In this document: positions 49,355 to 62,749 of the stretch, piece by piece
How the letters are laid out: every line of letters begins with the position of its first letter
Position numbering within the stretch: the stretch's first letter is position 1
Assembly (NCBI GenBank): GCA_964016885.1
Contig: OZ024742.1
Location: 249,736,001 to 249,800,000 of the forward strand
Reading direction: 5' to 3'
Source of the DNA: Eledone cirrhosa
Taxonomy: Eukaryota
Length of the DNA stretch: 64,000 nt
Notes under the pieces: generated by a model
Told to the model about the DNA's origin: nothing
Database searches by the model: none
The model's input: only the letters and a program-made list of their open reading frames with translations
Made by a program: the position numbers and the translations under genes

Positions 49355-52300
49355 AATTTTTTATTAGACACAAGGGCAAAAAAGAAGGGGACAAATACAA
49401 ATGGGGAGTTTACATACAGGTATATGAAAATAAAACTATTAATACAATAACAACTAATAATTGAAATCCCCAATAGGGGGGAGGTGTTACACAGGGGTTG
49501 TAGACACCCCGAAAAAATGTACAACCCTCATCTCCAGGAGCACCAGGAGTGAGTACTCCCTACCTCTATTCCTCTTTTTCCTCAACCTACAGGCTTATAT
49601 AGAGAGAAGGCCCAACCACTCGGGCCATCTTTGCCACATTAACCCACCTTTTATAAAATTTGCTGGGTTATAGCACCTCTCTCCCCATCCTGATTCTTCT
49701 TCCAAAATGATATTTGACAAAACGAATCAGTTGCTCGCCGGAGAGAAACGTGTCTGACCCCAGCCCTTTTAACCTCGCCCACCATATAACCTTTTTCACC
49801 ATAGCCATAACACATAGGAAAACCGCCTCTCCCTCGTTTTTGAAGGAGGGTGGCGGTTTGATCATGACAATGGACTCGGTGGTCAACTGGATTGGTCCCA
49901 CCCGCGACAATAGTCGTTCTACATAGCCCCACAGGTCGGTAACGCCGCGGCACTTTTACGTGTGCGACGGTTTCCTCGTCGCGCGCACATCTCGGACAGA
50001 TCTTTTTAGAAGGGTCCCTACCCAGGCGCCCGTGTCTGTAGAGATTGTCTCGAACTGGTAGAGCTCCTCGGTAGCACTGCCAGGCCAGGGACTTTGGGAA
50101 GTTGTCCATTGGTCCCGGGCGAAAGGTCCTACAGAACAGACTGACCAGTTCGTCCTCCTCTACGCCTAGAGTTTCTGCGTGCGTGTCGTCGCACTTGCTA
50201 CGGACTAACCCTCTATAGAATGTCGAAGTGGAGTCTCCACTGATCGCCGGGTCCGTTTGCCAGAGGACTGTGAGCGCCTGAGCACATTCGATGTGCCAGT
50301 CGCCCATTTTCCTCCGTTTTTGCTTGACCCAGGATTGCAGCTCGGTCAGCGAGACGAGTCGTGAGAAGGCTCGCCTCACGAACAGGGCCCACAGCGGTTG
50401 GTTGTCTGGTGAGGAATACGTGGAGGTGCCGCAGCCTGAGCGCGTGTGTGCGCATCGTCAGCCACGGCATCCCCAGCCCTCCGTTTGAAGGGTGTTGGCA
50501 GCAGATGGAACTTCTCACCAAAGGAGCCCGTTTCTTCCAAAGGAATTGGAAGAGCGCGCTCCATTTTGGTGAGCGTTTTGGCTGGACAAGGCACGACGGT
50601 CAAGCGGTAGTAGATGACGGACGCTATAAAAGTGTTCGTCACCTCCGCTCGACCCGTCAAGGATAGTTTGCACTCGGCCTACTTCTGAGTGAGCGCAAAC
50701 ACCTTGGCCGTCACCACGTTCGTTTTTCTCCACCTGGAGGTCCTGACCAAACCAGACCCCAAGCAGCTTTACCGCTTCTTCCGTCCAGCGTCCGACGACG
50801 CCATTGGAAGGCATCGGTTTGCTCTCCACGTTCCGAGTTGCAAACCGACGGATTTGTCCCGGTTCAGCTTCGCTCCTGTGAACCTTTCGTATTCCTCCAG
50901 TATGATGCCGATCTCCCCAATTTGCGAGGTGCTCGACACCATTACTGTCACGTCGTCTGCTTTTCGCAGTCCCGGTTCCAAAGGGATGCCCTGCAATAGC
51001 TCCAACTTCCGCAGTAGTGGCTCGAGAGTCAGTACGTACAGAAGGGTGGAGAGTGGGCATCCCTGTCGGATGGATCGCGTGATATGGAACCACTCCGAGA
51101 GGTAGACGTCACCTTGACCCTTGAGCAGGTGTTGCTGCTGTGCATTGCAGCAATCCAGCCCCTGAACACGGGTCCGAAGCCTGCCGCCTCGAGCACCGCA
51201 TCCAGGTCACGATGGTCAACCCTATCGAAAGCCTTAGACTGATCCAAGTTGTTCAGGGTCCCACCGAAGCCGGGTTTACACCCTACCCTCTCTATGATGT
51301 GTCACATGAGGTGGAGGTTTTCGTGTATGGACCTGCTCGGGATTGCGCATGTCTGCGCTTCTCCCACCAGGTTTTCGACGACAAGCGCCAGCCTCTTTGT
51401 CAACACCTTGGCCAAAATCTGTAACTCTGTTTGAGCAAGGTTATGGGCCGGAAGTTGCCTATGTCATCCCCCTTGTTCTCGTGCTTCCTGACTAACGTGA
51501 TTACGCCCTTGGTAACAGAACTGGGAATTCTCCCGTTCTGCTGCCAGTTGCAGTAGACCGCTTCCAGGAGACCGGAGAACAAGTCCGGCATTGCTACGTA
51601 AAATTCGTAGGGTAGACCGTCGATACCTGGAGATTTTCGTTTGCCGCATTGGCTCAGCGCGTCCCCTATCTCAGCGGCCGAAATAAGCCTTTCGCAGAAC
51701 TCCGCCTTGCTGTCCGAGAGTCGCAGTAGGCCGTCGAAGTATGAACCGAAATCCATAGCCCCTCCCGGCACGCCGCCCTGCCCGAACAGTTGAGCAAAGT
51801 GCCGCTGAAAGGCCGCGCACATTTGTTTCGGCTCACGTATCACGCGTCCGTCTTGGTCCTTCAAAGACCGAATCGTGGACTTGTTGCCACTTTTCGCCTC
51901 CGTTACTCGGGTCCAGCTAACAGCTTTGGCTCCCTCGTTTCCCAGAGCACGTATTTTGGTTCTGACAACGCAGCCTTCATGCTTTGCGTCGAAGAACTGG
52001 TCCAAGGCCGTTCTCGTCGCTAGCACGCTAGCTACGTTGCCACTCCTAAGTGCTTCTTCTACTTTATCTACCAGTTCCTTTTCGGTCTTATTTCTATCTA
52101 ACACTAATTATTCACTAAAACCTATCGAGTCTAATCTAACTGCCCTCTTGAGAGAGTACCACCATCTGTTGTTGACAATGGCCCCCGTCGAGTGCTGCTT
52201 AACTAAAGTGCTAATCCGTCTACTGTAGGCTCTGCATGTCAGTAACGCCAACTTCAGCTTCCAGTAGCCGGGTCCGTGTCTATGGGTTTTGTCAAGGTTG

Positions 52301-55090
52301 ACTAAGAAGGTCACTAATTTGTGATCTGAATAGGCTACTTGTTTGAGGCTGATACACCCCCTTCTATCAGGACATGCTCCCACATAGTCTCAACGTGCAT
52401 CTAGGATTCCATTCCAGTCCCCCACTAACAGCAGGGAGAGGGACGTTCCCAGAAAAGTCTCTAGGCGTATGAAGAAGTCTGGCTGCGATGTCCCGGATGG
52501 GGCATATGCGGCCACCAGCCTGAAGGCTCCACCTTCACTTCCGTCAACGTCTAGGACCACCAGTCGACCCTCCCGGTCCAGATGTACCGTCCGTGTTACG
52601 AGGTCCAGGTGTTTCCGCAGCAAAACGGCAACCCCACCCCCACCTCCCGGCTGACAGAGAGATGCGTAGATCTCAAAGTCGTCGAAGATGGTGGCCAGTT
52701 GTCGCTCGCTGTGGATCATGTACTCGCAAATGGCTACTACATCCATACTGTGCAACCTGAGGTCGTTTAAGAGTTTGCCCTGTTTCCAAGGCATCCCAAT
52801 GCCGCGTAGATTCACACATCCAACTCTTATGTTGGCCATGTTGGTGCTGAAAATTTAAAAGAAGAGGAAAAGAAATCACTCACCTCTTCGTCTCCTGGGG
52901 ACCAGGCTCCACAATTTCCATAGGGGTATTGGAGGGATTGTTTGGTGGAGTCATGGTCTCTGGGGGGAGAGGTTTGGTGGGGAGGGTGTGTCTGATGGGA
53001 TGGGGTGAGGGTGGGGAAACATTTTAACAGGACTCGATTGTAGGGTTTGACGCAGGGGTTACCTACGTCGTTAGGAAATTTTTTCTTTTAACTTTTTATG
53101 TGTGTCCATGGAGGTCCTAATCATTTTAAGATTGGGATTCTCCGAAGAGTGTGTAAAAGTTTTCCCTTCGGTGTCCACCGAAGGGTTTTTATATATGGTG
53201 TCTGTTAAAGTTTTATTGTTAGTATTTATGTAGGTGTAACATTTTTGTTGTGTTGAGTTGCTTTTTGTCAGTGGTTCTTGTGTGTGTTTACGTTTTGTAG
53301 TAGGTGTTTTGTTTTCAGGAGGGGGTGTTTTTGTTTGTGCTATTTGCGTGGCTTGTGTTGGTGTTTGTGTGTTTGTTGCGTTTTTGTTTGTGTTATGTCT
53401 TTTCTTTTTTTTCTTTTTACTGGTCGGAAAGGCCCTCCCTCATCGTTACTGGCTGACGATGATGAGGCCTCATCCGTGTTGTTGGGGAGGGGTACATATT
53501 GGGGAGCTGTTATGTGTGTGGGTGTTTCTGGAGTTGTTTTAGGTGGGGGACTGTGTTTGTCGTTTGCTTTGGTGTCACTATTTTTGTATGTTGTTGTTGT
53601 TGTGGTGGTGGTGATGATTGTTGTGCTGGTGTTGCAGGTGTTGGCAGTAGTACCTTTTTTTGGCTAGTTAGCCGAGGACAGGAAGCTCTCAGGTGACACC
53701 TGCTTGAGCAGTGGTAACATGAGGGCCGCCTACTCTCGACCGAAATGTTTATGTATATAAGCCCATCCAGCAACACACGTTCCGGGATCCCAGCTATTCG
53801 TTCTGGTGTCTTTTGGACCAGAACTTCCAGGCTAGTTCCGCTGAACAGGTCGCCGGAGGACTTACCTACCGATATTATATTGTCTGTTTCGTGGTTTAAA
53901 AATCCACATAGTACCCACCAAATATCAATATTTGGAGTGATACTTTGGATTTTTATTTTCTGTGTTCTTTTCCCCATATAAGTGGGGAAAATATGAACAT
54001 CGGTGACACAATTGGCAACACAGAATATTTCTGTGCCGTCAATTGGTCTTTCATTAGAATGGATAAACGCCCCTAGAGTCTACCCTTCTGAATAAAAGCA
54101 ATGTCTTTTAAGGCATTTTTTAAAGCCAACTCAATTTCACCTTGTGAAAGTTGAGTCGGTTTTCGTGTTTTGTTTGAGATTGTCCTGAAAATCACAGTTT
54201 TCAAGGCAGCTTCTCTTCGCAAATCTGGGGGAGAGTTTATGGAGAATGATCCGTTCTCCCCAAAAGTTACATATTGTCTGGCGTTATTCAAAAGCTCATT
54301 TGCATTTGAAATATCTACCGGAGTGTAGCTTACCGTTTTCTTTATGGTTTGCGCAAATGACATTTTGTCGTTTACTTCCTTGTTGCAGTTATTGGTCTTG
54401 TTGTTGTTATTATTATTCTTATTGTTGATGTTGTTTTCGTATTTTCCGTTGTTGGTGTTGTTGTTGTTGTTGGTTGTGGTTTTGTTGTCGTTGTTGTTCT
54501 TCTTGTTCTCGTTGTCACTGTTGTTGTTGATGGCGTTGTTTTGGTTTGTGCCATTCACAGTTTTCGTGTTGGTGGTGCTGGTATTGTTGTCAGGGTGTGT
54601 TTTTTAAACATATCGACGTGTTTCAATGAGGTGGTGTGAGCTGCTTGTTGGCTTGACACTTTTACCGTCACTCCACCACGTCTGTCTAATTGTTGGCTGA
54701 CAGTTTTGATGTTGTTGTTTTTGTTGCTGTTGTTGTTACTGTTATTGTTGTTGGTGATAGCAGCAGGCAGGCAGCCTTCACCTGATACTAGTACTGTAGA
54801 AGGTGAGATCAACAGCCCATCGCCACAATTCTCTGATGGGTTTTTTGTGAAGATGAGGTCAAAGAATTTGGCCATTTTGGCTATATTCAAAATTCCGGTA
54901 GAAATTTTGTGGGATTTCTGCGTTTTTCACCCTGATGGGCTTATTATTTGGGGTTGCTACCACCTACAAAGTGTAGGGTGGCAGCTTATCTACAAAATGG
55001 TGTAAGAATGTAGATTCAGTTCATGCAATTTCCAATGAAATTAAAACATTTACTCACCAGCGCGTTTTCCACATGTTAGACAGAATCCGA
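49355..55090 (-). mobile_element. Full-length but decayed Tx1/L1-clade LINE in (GATA)n
   Basis: ORF1 pieces (Asn-rich; CYHCSSRCHLRASC); APE from 52839 (CVNLRG, VGDWN, SDH); RT (KSPGIDG, DQSKAFDRV, ADD); CPRC; many frameshifts. Confidence 0.92.
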
Positions 55091-55322
55091 GATAGATAGA
55101 TAGATACATAGATAGTTTGATTTATTGATTGATAAATAGATCGATATCGATTGACATGTTTATATTCTTTAAGTTTATTTATTAAAATGCTAATTTCAAG
55201 AGGGCTACGAGATGGTGTTTCTTTCCTTACTCCATTGTTACTCTTGTTGTTGCTGCTGAGATATAGATAGATGGATGGATGGATAGATAGATAAATAAGT
55301 AAATCGATAGCTAGATAGATAA

Positions 55323-55369
<47 letters not shown>

Positions 55370-56817
55370 TGTTTCTTTTATTTGCCACTAGGGCATCAAA
55401 AGTGGGACAAGTACAAAGGGGGGAGTTTACACAAAAAGGCGTCCTCAATAAGGAGGAGGCAATAACAAAATATAAAAATAAAATAAGATATAACAAAAAA
55501 TAAAATTTTTAACAAAATCCTCAATAGAGAGGAGGCGCCTTGGGGGGTCGCACACACCCCCGAAAAAAATGTGCAACCCTTTTCCTCAGGAGCACAGAGA
55601 GGGGGTGCTCCCTCGTTCCTTCCTCTTTTCCACCTACAGGCTTATGTAAAGAGAAGGCCCATTCACACGGGCCATTCTCGCCACTTTCACCCACCTTTCA
55701 TAAAAACGACTGGGGTGCAGCACCTCTCTCTCCATCCTGATCCTTCTTCCGAAATGATATCGGAAGAAACGGACCAGTTGTTGGCCAGAGAGAAACACCG
55801 CCTCTGCTTCATCTTTGAAGGGGGGAGGCGGCTTGATCATTACAATAGACTCGGTGGTCAACCGGATCGGTTCCACCCTTGACAGCAGTTGTTCGACATA
55901 GCCCCACAGATCGGCTACGCCCGAGCAGTGTACCAATGCGTGTGCAACGGTTTCCTCGTCGCACACGCATCTGGGACAGATCTTTTTGGCGGGGTCCCTA
56001 CCCGGGCGCCCGTGTCTGTAGAGCCTTTCTCGAACGGGTAAAGCCCCTCGGTAGCACTGCCAGGCCAGGGACTTCTGGAAGTTGTCCATAGGTCCCGGGC
56101 TGAATGTCCTACCGAACAGGTTGGCCAGTTCGTCCTCCTCCATGTCTAGGGCTTCTCCAAGGGCGTCGTCGCACCTGCTGCGTACCAGCCCTCTATAGAA
56201 TGTTGCGGTGGAGTCTCCACTGATAACCGGATCCGCCTGCCAGAGGGCGGTGAGCGCCTGGGCACACTCAGTGTGCCAGGCGCCCAGTTTTCTCGGTCTT
56301 TGCTTGACCCAGGATTGCAGCTCGGTGAGTGAGACGAGTCTGGGAAAGGTTCGTCTCACAAACGAGGCCCACACCGGTTGTCCGGTGAGGAATACGTAGA
56401 GGTGCCGTAGCCTTAATGCGTGTTTACGCATCATTAGCCACGGCATCCCCAGCCCTCCTTTCCAAGGGTGTTGACAGCAGATGGATCTCCTCACCATAGG
56501 AGCCCGCCTCTTCCAAAGGAATTGGAAGAGCGCGCGCTCCATCTTGGTGAGGGTTTCCCTTGGGCAGGGCACTACGGTCAGGCGGTAGTAGATGACGGAC
56601 GCTATATAAGTGTTCGCCACCTCCGCCCGACCTTTCAGGGATAGTTTGCAACTGGCCCACTTCTGGGTCAGTGCAAACACCCTGTTCGTAACCTCCGCCC
56701 AGTTTTTCTCCACCTGGAGGTCCGGTCCGAACCAGACCCCGAGCAACTTCACCGGGCCCTCCGTCCAGCGTCCGACGACGCCATCGGAGGGCATCGGTCT
56801 GCCCCTCCACGTGCCGA
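55370..56817 (-). mobile_element. 5'-truncated Tx1 copy in (GATA)n
   Basis: LGTWRGRPMP...CPRCVCDEETVAHALVHC; AATAAAAG followed by (TATC)n. Confidence 0.92.
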
Positions 56818-56818
56818 G

Positions 56819-56867
<49 letters not shown>

Positions 56868-56868
<1 letters not shown>

Positions 56869-59800
56869 CTTTCTTTTTATTTGCCACCAGGGCATCAAAA
56901 AGTGGGACAAGTACAATGGGGGAGTTTACATGAAAAGGCGTCCTCAATAAGGAGGAGGCAATAACAAAATATAAAAATAAAATAAAATATAACAAAATAA
57001 ATTTTATAACAAAATCCTCAATAGGGAGGAGGCGCCTTGGGGGACGCACACACCCCCGAAAAAAGTGTGCAACCCTTCTCCTCAGGAGCACAGAGAGGGG
57101 GTGCTCCCTTGATCTTTCATCTTCCTCGCCTATAGTCTGATGTAGAGTCAAGGCCCATTCTCACGGGCCATTCTCGCCACTTTCACCCATCTTTCATAAA
57201 AACGGCTGGGGTGCAGCACCTCTCTCTCCATCCTGATCCTTCTTCCGAAATGATATCGGAAGAAACGGACTAGTTGTTGGCCAGAGAGAAAGGTGTCTGA
57301 ACTCAGTCCTTTCGGACGCGTCAACCATACAACCTTTTTCGCCATGGCTATTACGCACAGAAACACCGCCTCTCCTTCGTTTTTGAAGAGGGGAGGCGGC
57401 TTGATCGTTACAATAGACTCCGTGGTCAACCGGATCGGTCCCACCCTTGACAGCAGTTGTTCGACATAGTCCCACAAATCGGCAATGCCGTAGCAATGTA
57501 CCAATGCGTGTGCAACGGTTTCCTCGTCGCACACGCATCTGGGACAGATCTTTTTCGAGGAGTCCCTACCCGGGCGCCCGTGTCTGTAGAGCCTTTCTCG
57601 AACGGGCAGAGCCCCTCGGTAGCACTGCCAGACCAGGGACCTCTGGAAGTTATCCATGGGTCCCGGGCTGAATGTCCTACCGATCAGGTTGTCCAGTTCT
57701 TCTTCCTCCATGCCTAGGGCTTCTCCGAGGGCGTTGTCGCACCTTCCAACCACCAGCCCTCCATAGAATGACGAGGTGGATTCTCCACTGACAGCCGGGT
57801 CCGCCTACCAGAGACCCGTGAGCGCCTGGGCACACTCGGTGTGCCAGGCGCCTAGTTTTCTCGGTCTTTGCTTGACCCAGGATTGCAGCTCGGTGAGTGA
57901 GACGAGTCTGGGAAAGGCTCGCCTCACAAACGGGGCCCACACCGGTTGACCGGTGAGGATTACCTGGAAGTGCCGTAGCCTTAATGCGTGTTTACGTATC
58001 ATTAGCCACAGCATTCCCAGCCCTCCTTTCGAAGGGTGTTGACAGCAGATGGATCTCCTCACCAAAGGAGCCCGCTTCTTCCAAAGGAATTGGAAGAGTG
58101 CGCGCTCCATTTTGGCGAGCGTTTCCCTTGGGAAAGGCACAACGGTCAGGCGGTAGTAGATGACGGACGCTATATAAGTGTTACCCACCTCCGCCCGACT
58201 TTCAGGGACAGTTTGCACTCGGCCCACTTCTGGGCCAGTGCAAACACCCTGTTCGTTACCTCACCCCAGTTCTTCTCCACCTGGAGGTCTGGTCCGAAGC
58301 AGACCCCGAGCAACTTCAACGGGATTCCGTCCAGAGCCCGACGAAGCCATCGGAGGGCATTGATCTGCCCCTCCACGCCCCAGTTCAGCTTAGTCCCTGT
58401 AAATCTTTCGTAATCCTCCGGTAAGGTGCCGATCGCCCCGATTTCCGAGGACGTCGAGACCATTACTGTTACGTCATCGGCGTAGCCCGACACCGCTTTC
58501 CGCAATCCCGGTTCCAGCGGGATTCCCTGCAACAACTCCAACTTCCGCAGCAGTGGCTCTACATACGGCAGGGAGGAGAGAGGGCACCCTTGTCGGATGG
58601 ACCGCGCGATTTCGAACGGCTCCGAGATGTAGCCGTTCACCTTGACCCTAGAGCAGATACGGCTGCTGTGCATGGCATTGATCCAGCCTCTGAAAACGGG
58701 TCCGACGCCTGCCGCCGCTAGCACCGCATCCAGGTAACCATGGTCGACCCTATCCTACGCCTTAGATTGATCCAAGTTGATCAGGGCCCACCAAAGCCGG
58801 GTTCGTTCCCAACCCTCTCTATGATGTATCGCATGAGGTGGAGGTAATCGTGGATGGACCTGGACGGGATAGCACATGTCTGCGCATCTCCCACCAGGTT
58901 GCCCACGACAAGCGCCAACCTCTTTGCTAGCACCTTGGCCAAAATCTGTAACTCTGTATTTAGCAGAGTTATGGGCCTGAAATTATTTATATCGTCCCCC
59001 TTGTTCTCGTCCTTCCTCACTAGCGGGACTACGCCCATGTCACAGCACAGGGAATTCTCCCGTTCTGTTGCCAATTGCAGTAGACCGCCCCGAGGAGATC
59101 GGGGAACAAGTCCGGCATAGCTAGATATAGTTCGTATGGAAGACCATCGAGACCCGGGGATTTGCGTTTGCCGCATTGGCTCAGCACGTCCTCTATCTCA
59201 GCGGCTGAAATCGGCTCCTCACAGGACTTCACCTCCATGTCCGAGAGACGCGGCAGGCCGTCGAGGTATGGACCGAAGTCCACTTCCCCAACCGGCTATC
59301 CGCCCCTTCCGAACAATCTGGCAAAGTGCTTTTGAAAAGCCTCGCACATCTGCTTAGGCTCAAAGATCACCCGTCCATCCTGGTCTCGCAAAGACCGGAT
59401 AGTGGATCTACTCCCTCTTTTGGCTTCTGTCACGCGGGCCCAGCTAACAGCTTTGGTCCCCTCGTTTCCCAGAGCACGTATTTTGCTTCGGACGATGCAG
59501 CCTTCGTGTTTCGCGTCGAAGAACTGGCCCAGGGCCTTCTCGACGCTAGCACTCTGGCCACGTCACCGCTTCTAATTGCCTCTTCTACACTATCTACCAA
59601 CTCCCTTTCCTTCCTATTTCTATTTGCGGCTAACTCCTTACTAAATTCTATAGAGACTACTCTAATCTCTCTTTTGAGAGATCCCCACCACCTGCTGTTG
59701 GCGATGGCGCCCGTCAACCGATCCTTAACTAAAGTGCTAATCCGGTCCCTGTAAGCCTTACTTGCCGGCAAGGAGAAGTTGAGCTTCCAGTAACCGGGTC

Positions 59801-60183
59801 CATGTTTATGCGTTCTGTCAAAGTTGACCAAGCAGGTCACTAACTTGTGGTCTGAATAGCCAACCATGCGCATTTTTGGACAGCTTAAAAATCCTTATCC
59901 TTATTTCTAACTAAGAACCTATCTAGGCACGACCTAGATGATATGCTGCGGTTTGCCCAAGTCCAGGTTGGCGCAGTCGGAAAATCTAGTCGATATCTAT
60001 TCGGCCAGGTCAAATCGATCGATTAATCCTTTGAGGCTATTACACCCGTCTCTGTCGGAACAGGTCCCTACGTAGTCCCAGCTTGCATCTAGGATACCAT
60101 TCCAGTCCCCCACTAATAGCAAGGAGCGGGACGTCCCTAGAAAAGTCTCCAGACGATGGAAGAAGTCCGGCCGCATTGACCCA
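56868..60183 (-). mobile_element. 5'-truncated Tx1 copy (part of APE to 3' end), frameshifted
   Basis: VGDWN, SDHK, KSPGLDG, RQGCPLS, YADD, CPRC; 3'UTR nearly identical to 55370-55630; (TATC)n tail. Confidence 0.92.
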
Positions 60184-60744
60184 GGTAGATACAGAGAAAT
60201 ATCGCATTTAATTTCAACAATTTGCATTTTGCAGATTTCGAAAGTATATAGGATTAAATATATAAAATTATAAAAAGAATTGTTGTTAGTAAATCTAATA
60301 ATAGTAACCACAGATCACACAATGATATATTCCTTGAAACCCTGAAGACCGCCAACAGCTGCTTGTTTGTGGAAAGGTGCAAAGATTTAACGTCAGGTGT
60401 CAGAGAAATGTTAGCAAAACATGGAAACATTCGCTATATTTAATTTTCACTCTCTATCATATCGCTTCTTTTCCTATCTTATTCTTTCTCTATCTCACTA
60501 TGTCACTCTAACTCAATTTTATACACTTTAACACCAAAGGTTTTTCTTCGGCTTTATGACGAACATGAGAGAGTCAACGACCATTTTGTGGTATTTATAC
60601 ACGTATGCAGGCTGATCTGCCTATTGATGTAAATATCTATTCAATAGACCACACAAACTGCTTTGCCTGCTGTGACATATTGAAAAGACCTATTCAACAT
60701 ATATGGGTGTTTGTGCGTAAGTATGCATTCATGTACCTATGTAC

Positions 60745-60800
<56 letters not shown>

Positions 60801-60942
60801 ACATCCTTTCTTAAAGAGTTACATGGACATAACACATAAACAGTTTGATGTGATATTTGTACAAATCAATATCTGATTCGAATATGTATATATATATATA
60901 TATATATTATAAATGACAATCAATATTTAATATTACCCACGT

Positions 60943-61010
<68 letters not shown>

Positions 61011-61043
61011 GTAAGATCAAAAGATGGTTAAAGGAGTTCCATA

Positions 61044-61114
61044 TATTTTATTATGCGCATTTCAAAAACAAACATCATCATGCAATAATATTTGTGTTTT
61101 CATCAGATAAAACA
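61044..61114 (-). ncRNA. Type I hammerhead ribozyme (inverse arm copy)
   Basis: Reverse complement of 61233-61303. Confidence 0.85.
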
Positions 61115-61232
61115 GGAGAACATGATATGAAGGCTAAAAAACACTTGTGGATAGTGCAGTTTTAAATCAACATATGTTGATTTAAAACTGCACTATCCAC
61201 AAGTGTTTTTTAGCCTTCATATCATGTTCTCC

Positions 61233-61303
61233 TGTTTTATCTGATGAAAACACAAATATTATTGCATGATGATGTTTGTTTTTGAAATGCGCATAATAAA
61301 ATA
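61233..61303 (+). ncRNA. Type I hammerhead ribozyme
   Basis: tgttttat-CTGATGA-aaacacaaatatt...gatgtttgttttt-GAAA-tgcgca-TA-ataaaata; palindromic stem III. Confidence 0.88.
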
Positions 61304-61633
61304 TATGGAACTCCTTTAACCATCTTTTGATCTTATATTATGTATACTCCAGTCCTACAAACTGTAGAGTGCTTCTTATCCGATATCTGCATTGCTTTAT
61401 TGTACTACAATAAAACTTACCTCCTACATTATATATATATATATATATATATATAGAATTAGTATATCTACCAACATATGCGTACAGATGTACACTAATG
61501 CTAGCAAATACATAAGTTATGTCATAGTACCTAGGTGGTTCAATGCAGGAGGATGCAGAACAATAATATGAAAGACGTAAAATAAGAAAAAATTTTAAAA
61601 AAATTAAAAATTAACTTACTTACTAAAATTTTC

Positions 61634-61715
61634 ACTCCAACTAATTAGTTTCTGTAATGGGATAAAGATAGTTACGTAATATAACCATCGAGAATTCATT
61701 ACGTCATCAGGGAGT
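61634..61715 (-). ncRNA. Type I hammerhead ribozyme (GUU triplet)
   Basis: actcc-CTGATGA-cgtaatg...cattaca-GAAA-ctaattag-TT-ggagt. Confidence 0.8.
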
Positions 61716-61890
61716 CTATTCTCAGCTAAGTCTCCAGGCAATGCGCGGACACTAGGGACTCATATAAAAATAATAATAATTCGGTGGATGGAACAGCTAG
61801 CGGGGACTGGATTCGATGCACTGAAAAAGTTCGCTGTCTCTGGTATATATATATATATACACGTGGTTACACAACAGTTAGTTCACCATA

Positions 61891-61930
61891 CCGAGAACAA
61901 TTGTTTCACATTTGCGGATCTTCAGCTCGG
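61891..61930 (-). ncRNA. Minimal type I hammerhead in Penelope terminal repeat
   Basis: ccgag-CTGAAGA-tccgcaaatgt-GAAA-caattg-TT-ctcgg. Confidence 0.7.
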
Positions 61931-62709
61931 GATGTGTATGGTTATAGGAACAGGAAGGACAACAGTACGGACGCGCATGCGCAGAAACTCGGTCGCTTCA
62001 CACAGGCAATACTAGACTGCGTGCGGCAGGTGTAAGGGAAATAACTGCGAAAGTCCGGAAAGTTTTTAGGTTGAAAATAAAATTAAAAAAATTAAAAAAT
62101 TAAATTACAAAGAATCAGTCCGGAGCCTTGTAGTTATGCAATAGATGTTTGGTGACGTGTGGACAACGTGTGAAAAATTCACTTCTCGTGTTTAGGCAAT
62201 CACTATTGCGTAATCTCTTTAGGATAGTTATTCGTTCGTCAATACATAAGCGACACATCAGATTTTCCCTTGCGTATGGCTTGGACTTAGTGATGGCTTT
62301 CCATTGAATGGAGTAGCCTATACTTGAGTGCTTGATGGACCATACGTGACTCGCGAGTTTCGTGGATAAACGTCTGTCTGGATATCTGAAGGTAGACTGG
62401 TGGTTCAGGAAACGCTCCTTGAATCGGCCCTCCGCCATGCCCACATAAGATTTGACCTCCTGTGTGCAACCATTTGACCCCCTGTTGTGTAACCATTCAT
62501 TTTCTAACTACAAGGCTCCCGACTGATTTTTTGTAATTTTATTTTTAAATTTTTTTATTTTATTTTTAACGAAAAAACTTTCCGGACTTTCGCAGTTTTC
62601 TCCCTTACACCTCCCGCACGCAGTCTAGTATTGCCTGTGTGAAGTGACCGAGTTTCTGCGCATGCGCGTCCGTACGGTTGTCCTTCCTGTTCCTATAAAC
62701 ATACACATC

Positions 62710-62749
62710 CCGAGCTGAAGATCCGCGAAGGTGAAACAATTGTTCTCGA
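62710..62749 (+). ncRNA. Minimal type I hammerhead in the inverted Penelope terminal repeat
   Basis: cgag-CTGAAGA-tccgcgaaggt-GAAA-caattg-TT-ctcg. Confidence 0.7.

Larger units (their letters stand above)
61008..61430 (+). mobile_element. Fold-back element in (TA)n: ~330-bp near-perfect palindrome with a hammerhead on each strand plus a unique tail
   Basis: Symmetry centre CAACAT|ATGTTG at 61173/61174; arms extend to about 61008 and 61340. Confidence 0.88.

Noticed and set aside
55634-57151. 505-aa ORF
   Set aside because: Chance read-through from one Tx1 3'UTR across (TATC)n into the next truncated Tx1 copy; it also has an internal deletion
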